Source: Squalus acanthias (taxonomy: Eukaryota). From it: a stretch of DNA of 64,000 bases. The notes under the pieces were generated by a model. That model was not told the origin of the DNA, did no database searches, and saw nothing but the letters and a program-made list of their open reading frames with translations. The position numbers and the translations under genes were made by a program. Positions within the stretch are counted from its first letter, which is position 1, and each line of letters starts with the position of its first letter. Shown in pieces: positions 61,801 through 64,000 of this stretch. The stretch covers positions 133,984,001 to 134,048,000 of the forward strand of contig CM059431.1 of NCBI GenBank assembly GCA_030390025.1. The letters are read 5' to 3'.

Positions 61801-61892
61801 GAACGGAATCCATGATCGTAACACGATCATGGAAAGATACTCGGCCGTGACAAACACTGACCCACAGGAACCAATCCTGTGTGTAGGAGTAA

Positions 61893-62348
61893 GGGGGGCG
61901 ATTTCCCCCCGATCCTTTAGGCGCTAAAGAGCCTCCGAGGTGGCTAAATTTTGGGCCTTAAGCTGAAATGCCAGTTTAGCCCACATTTAGCGCAAGATGG
62001 TACCTTAGTAAAGGAGCTGAAGCTTGTGCTAGGAACAGCTGCTCAGAGGACCCATCCCCAGCCTTACCTTTAACTGCTGTGAGCATTGGCCCTTCCCTTT
62101 AAGGGAGGGAAGGAGCCTGCGAATCCGGCAGCACTGCATGCAACATTGACCAGCACTCTGCCGATACCACCCCCTCACTCCCTTTAGCGCTCTAAGGGAA
62201 GTGGTAGCGCTTGATTTAGCGCTCCCCTTCCCTCTTGGAGCGCTACAACTGAATTTCGCGGGAGCCTCTCATCATTAGCACCTGGCTATAATTTTTCTGC
62301 TTCTGAAGTTTTAGCGCCCCAAAAGGGGCTATAATGAATTTCTCCCAC
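61893..62348. mobile_element. Harbinger-type MITE abutting the Gypsy truncation
   Basis: TAA|GGGGGGCGATTT...GAATTTCTCCCAC with several TTAGCGC/GCGCTAA motifs. Confidence 0.65.
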
Positions 62349-63647
62349 AATGTTCTCAGTTTCTAGTCTTTTGAGTTCTTGCTCAACTTTCTCCTCGAGT
62401 GCGTATGGTACAGGATGTGGCTTGTAGTAAACTGGTCTTGTGTCCTTCTGCATTCTGACACTCACCTTGAAGTCTTGGATCGGACTACCCGTTTCGCTGA
62501 ACACCTTCGGATACTGCTTGATGACATCATCTTTCGAGGCAAATTTCGCTTCCGCATGAAAAATCTCATTCCAATCCAGCTTCAGTGATCCCAACCAACT
62601 TCTACCTATCAAGGCAGGCTTGTCTCCTGCCACTACTATGAGAGGCAAGCTCTGACACTGATCCTTGTATTTCACTGGTATGGTGACACTTCCTACTACA
62701 GGGATTTGCTCTCCCGAGTAGTCTCGCAGCTCTACCTTCGATTCCTCTAGTCGATAATCATGCAACTTGTCGTAATATAGCGATTCCAGTACTACGCTTA
62801 CGGATGCACCAGTGTCGATTTCCATGGGTATCCTGGTTCCTGCAACATCTACTTGGATGACGATACCTCGCGAATCGCTGTTAGATACCTTCGTGCTCCT
62901 GATGACGTGAATCTCCAGAAACTCCTCGTCCTGCTGCTGCTCTGCAACGGTATGTAGTGTCTGGTGATTTCTACTTCTAAGATTGCCAGTCGGTTTACTC
63001 TGCTTTCGGCACGCCTTCGCAAGATGCCCAGTTTTCTTGCAGTTGAAACACTCTGCCTTCACATATGGACAGCTTTGAGCAATGTGTTGTCCCAGGCACT
63101 GATATGACACTGATAGGCACGACTTCAATGCACTGTTACCTTGGCCAGTTGCTGAGACCTTGGGGCCCAACTGCCTTTTACTTTTAGCCTGCAGTCGATT
63201 CACCTCGGTTGTCTGATAACTGGAAATGGCGCGAAACTCTCGGGAGTATCGGTCAGCCATATCCATCGACATAGCTGTCTGAAAAGCTAAGTCAAAAGCT
63301 AAGTTATGGGTTGTCAACAATTTACTTCTGATATGTTCATTTTTCAACCCACAAACAAAGCGGTCACGCAAAGCTCGGTCCTGAAAGTTTCTGGAATGAC
63401 AGTGAATGGATGGCTTGGTGGGAACAAGCAAGTTTTTCAGGGTTTCATACACCTCGGGGCCTGCTTCAGTCAAAAAAATAGCCCTTTTCCTTTCTAAAAC
63501 CGCCCGGTTACAGGTGACATCATCGGGGACTTCGACGATACTATTCGCGGTGAAAAACATTTCTAGCCGCTTCACATACGCTCCGAAAGTCTCTCGGTCA
63601 CGATCGAACTCACCCAAGCGCCCTATTATTCCCCTAGGCGCGGCCAT
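62349..63647 (-). CDS. Gypsy Gag-protease open frame, truncated at the start of RT
   Basis: YVKRLEMFFTAN, LRDRFVCGL, CCHC knuckle CFNCKKTGHLAKAC, protease MEIDTGAS...LIGRSWL, pre-RT PVPYALEEKVEQELKRL. Confidence 0.8.
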
Positions 63648-63799
63648 CTGGACTCTGGCAACATCGACAGTTCAACCACGTGTGCTCGAAATTACCTCGG
63701 ATGTTTACGTTTTTTCTGCAAAACGAAGAACATCTAACAGTCCCTCCATCGGTTGGCAGGAATATCCTCCAACAAAAATTTCAGCTAGGGAATCTGCAG

Positions 63800-63816
63800 T
63801 CCCATCCTCATCGCCA
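63800..63816 (-). promoter_or_regulatory. Primer-binding site, tRNA-Ser(GCT)-like
   Basis: The minus strand reads TGGCGATGAGGATGGGA, 4 nt inside the LTR end. It differs at one position from the complement of the vertebrate tRNA-Ser(GCT) 3' end (TGGCGACGAGGATGGGA). Confidence 0.75.
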
Positions 63817-64000
63817 ATTCTGTGATATCTTGCATTTCATAGGCTGCAGTGTGGTCCCAGCATATATATACACAACTGCATAACATGGCTTCCAGTAAGA
63901 ACTGCACTGCCCATGTGCTTTATTACTATATGCATCAGTAGTCACCAGGTGGTGCTATTACAATCAGGACAAAAGAACATTACAAGTCAGATACTATAAT

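Larger units (their letters stand above)
62349..64000 (-). mobile_element. Ty3/Gypsy LTR retrotransposon 5' part (LTR, PBS, gag-pro)
   Basis: ORF 62286-63647 (-). PBS at 63800-63816. LTR boundary TGTGA at 63821. Confidence 0.9.

Overview
This window is eukaryotic, repeat-saturated intronic or intergenic DNA, most likely from a cartilaginous fish. That call rests on the HE1-like V-SINEs and the CR1/L2 spectrum; the species cannot be determined from sequence alone. I recognise no intact host protein-coding gene, only a few candidate + strand exons in the AT-rich unique gaps (best: 27143-27295). Most of the window is nested, decayed transposons. These include many CR1 LINEs, L2 LINEs, a Zenon-like CR1-group LINE, tRNA-derived V-SINEs and L2-tailed SINE ends. 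There is also a PIF/Harbinger family series: two-gene elements with a HARBI1-like transposase and a convergent spliced Myb/SANT partner, deletion derivatives, and MITEs with TIRs and 3-bp TSDs. A solo LTR and the 5' part of a Gypsy element with a tRNA-Ser PBS are present too. Two signals stand out. (1) A foamy/spuma-like endogenous retrovirus remnant (GR-rich Gag tail, protease, RT, probable RNase H) can be reassembled across later insertions between about 51.8 and 61.9 kb. (2) A ~220-bp palindromic Penelope-type element with a 16-bp TSD carries a minimal hammerhead ribozyme core on each strand (28.56-28.81 kb). All family assignments come from motif recognition by eye and need database confirmation.
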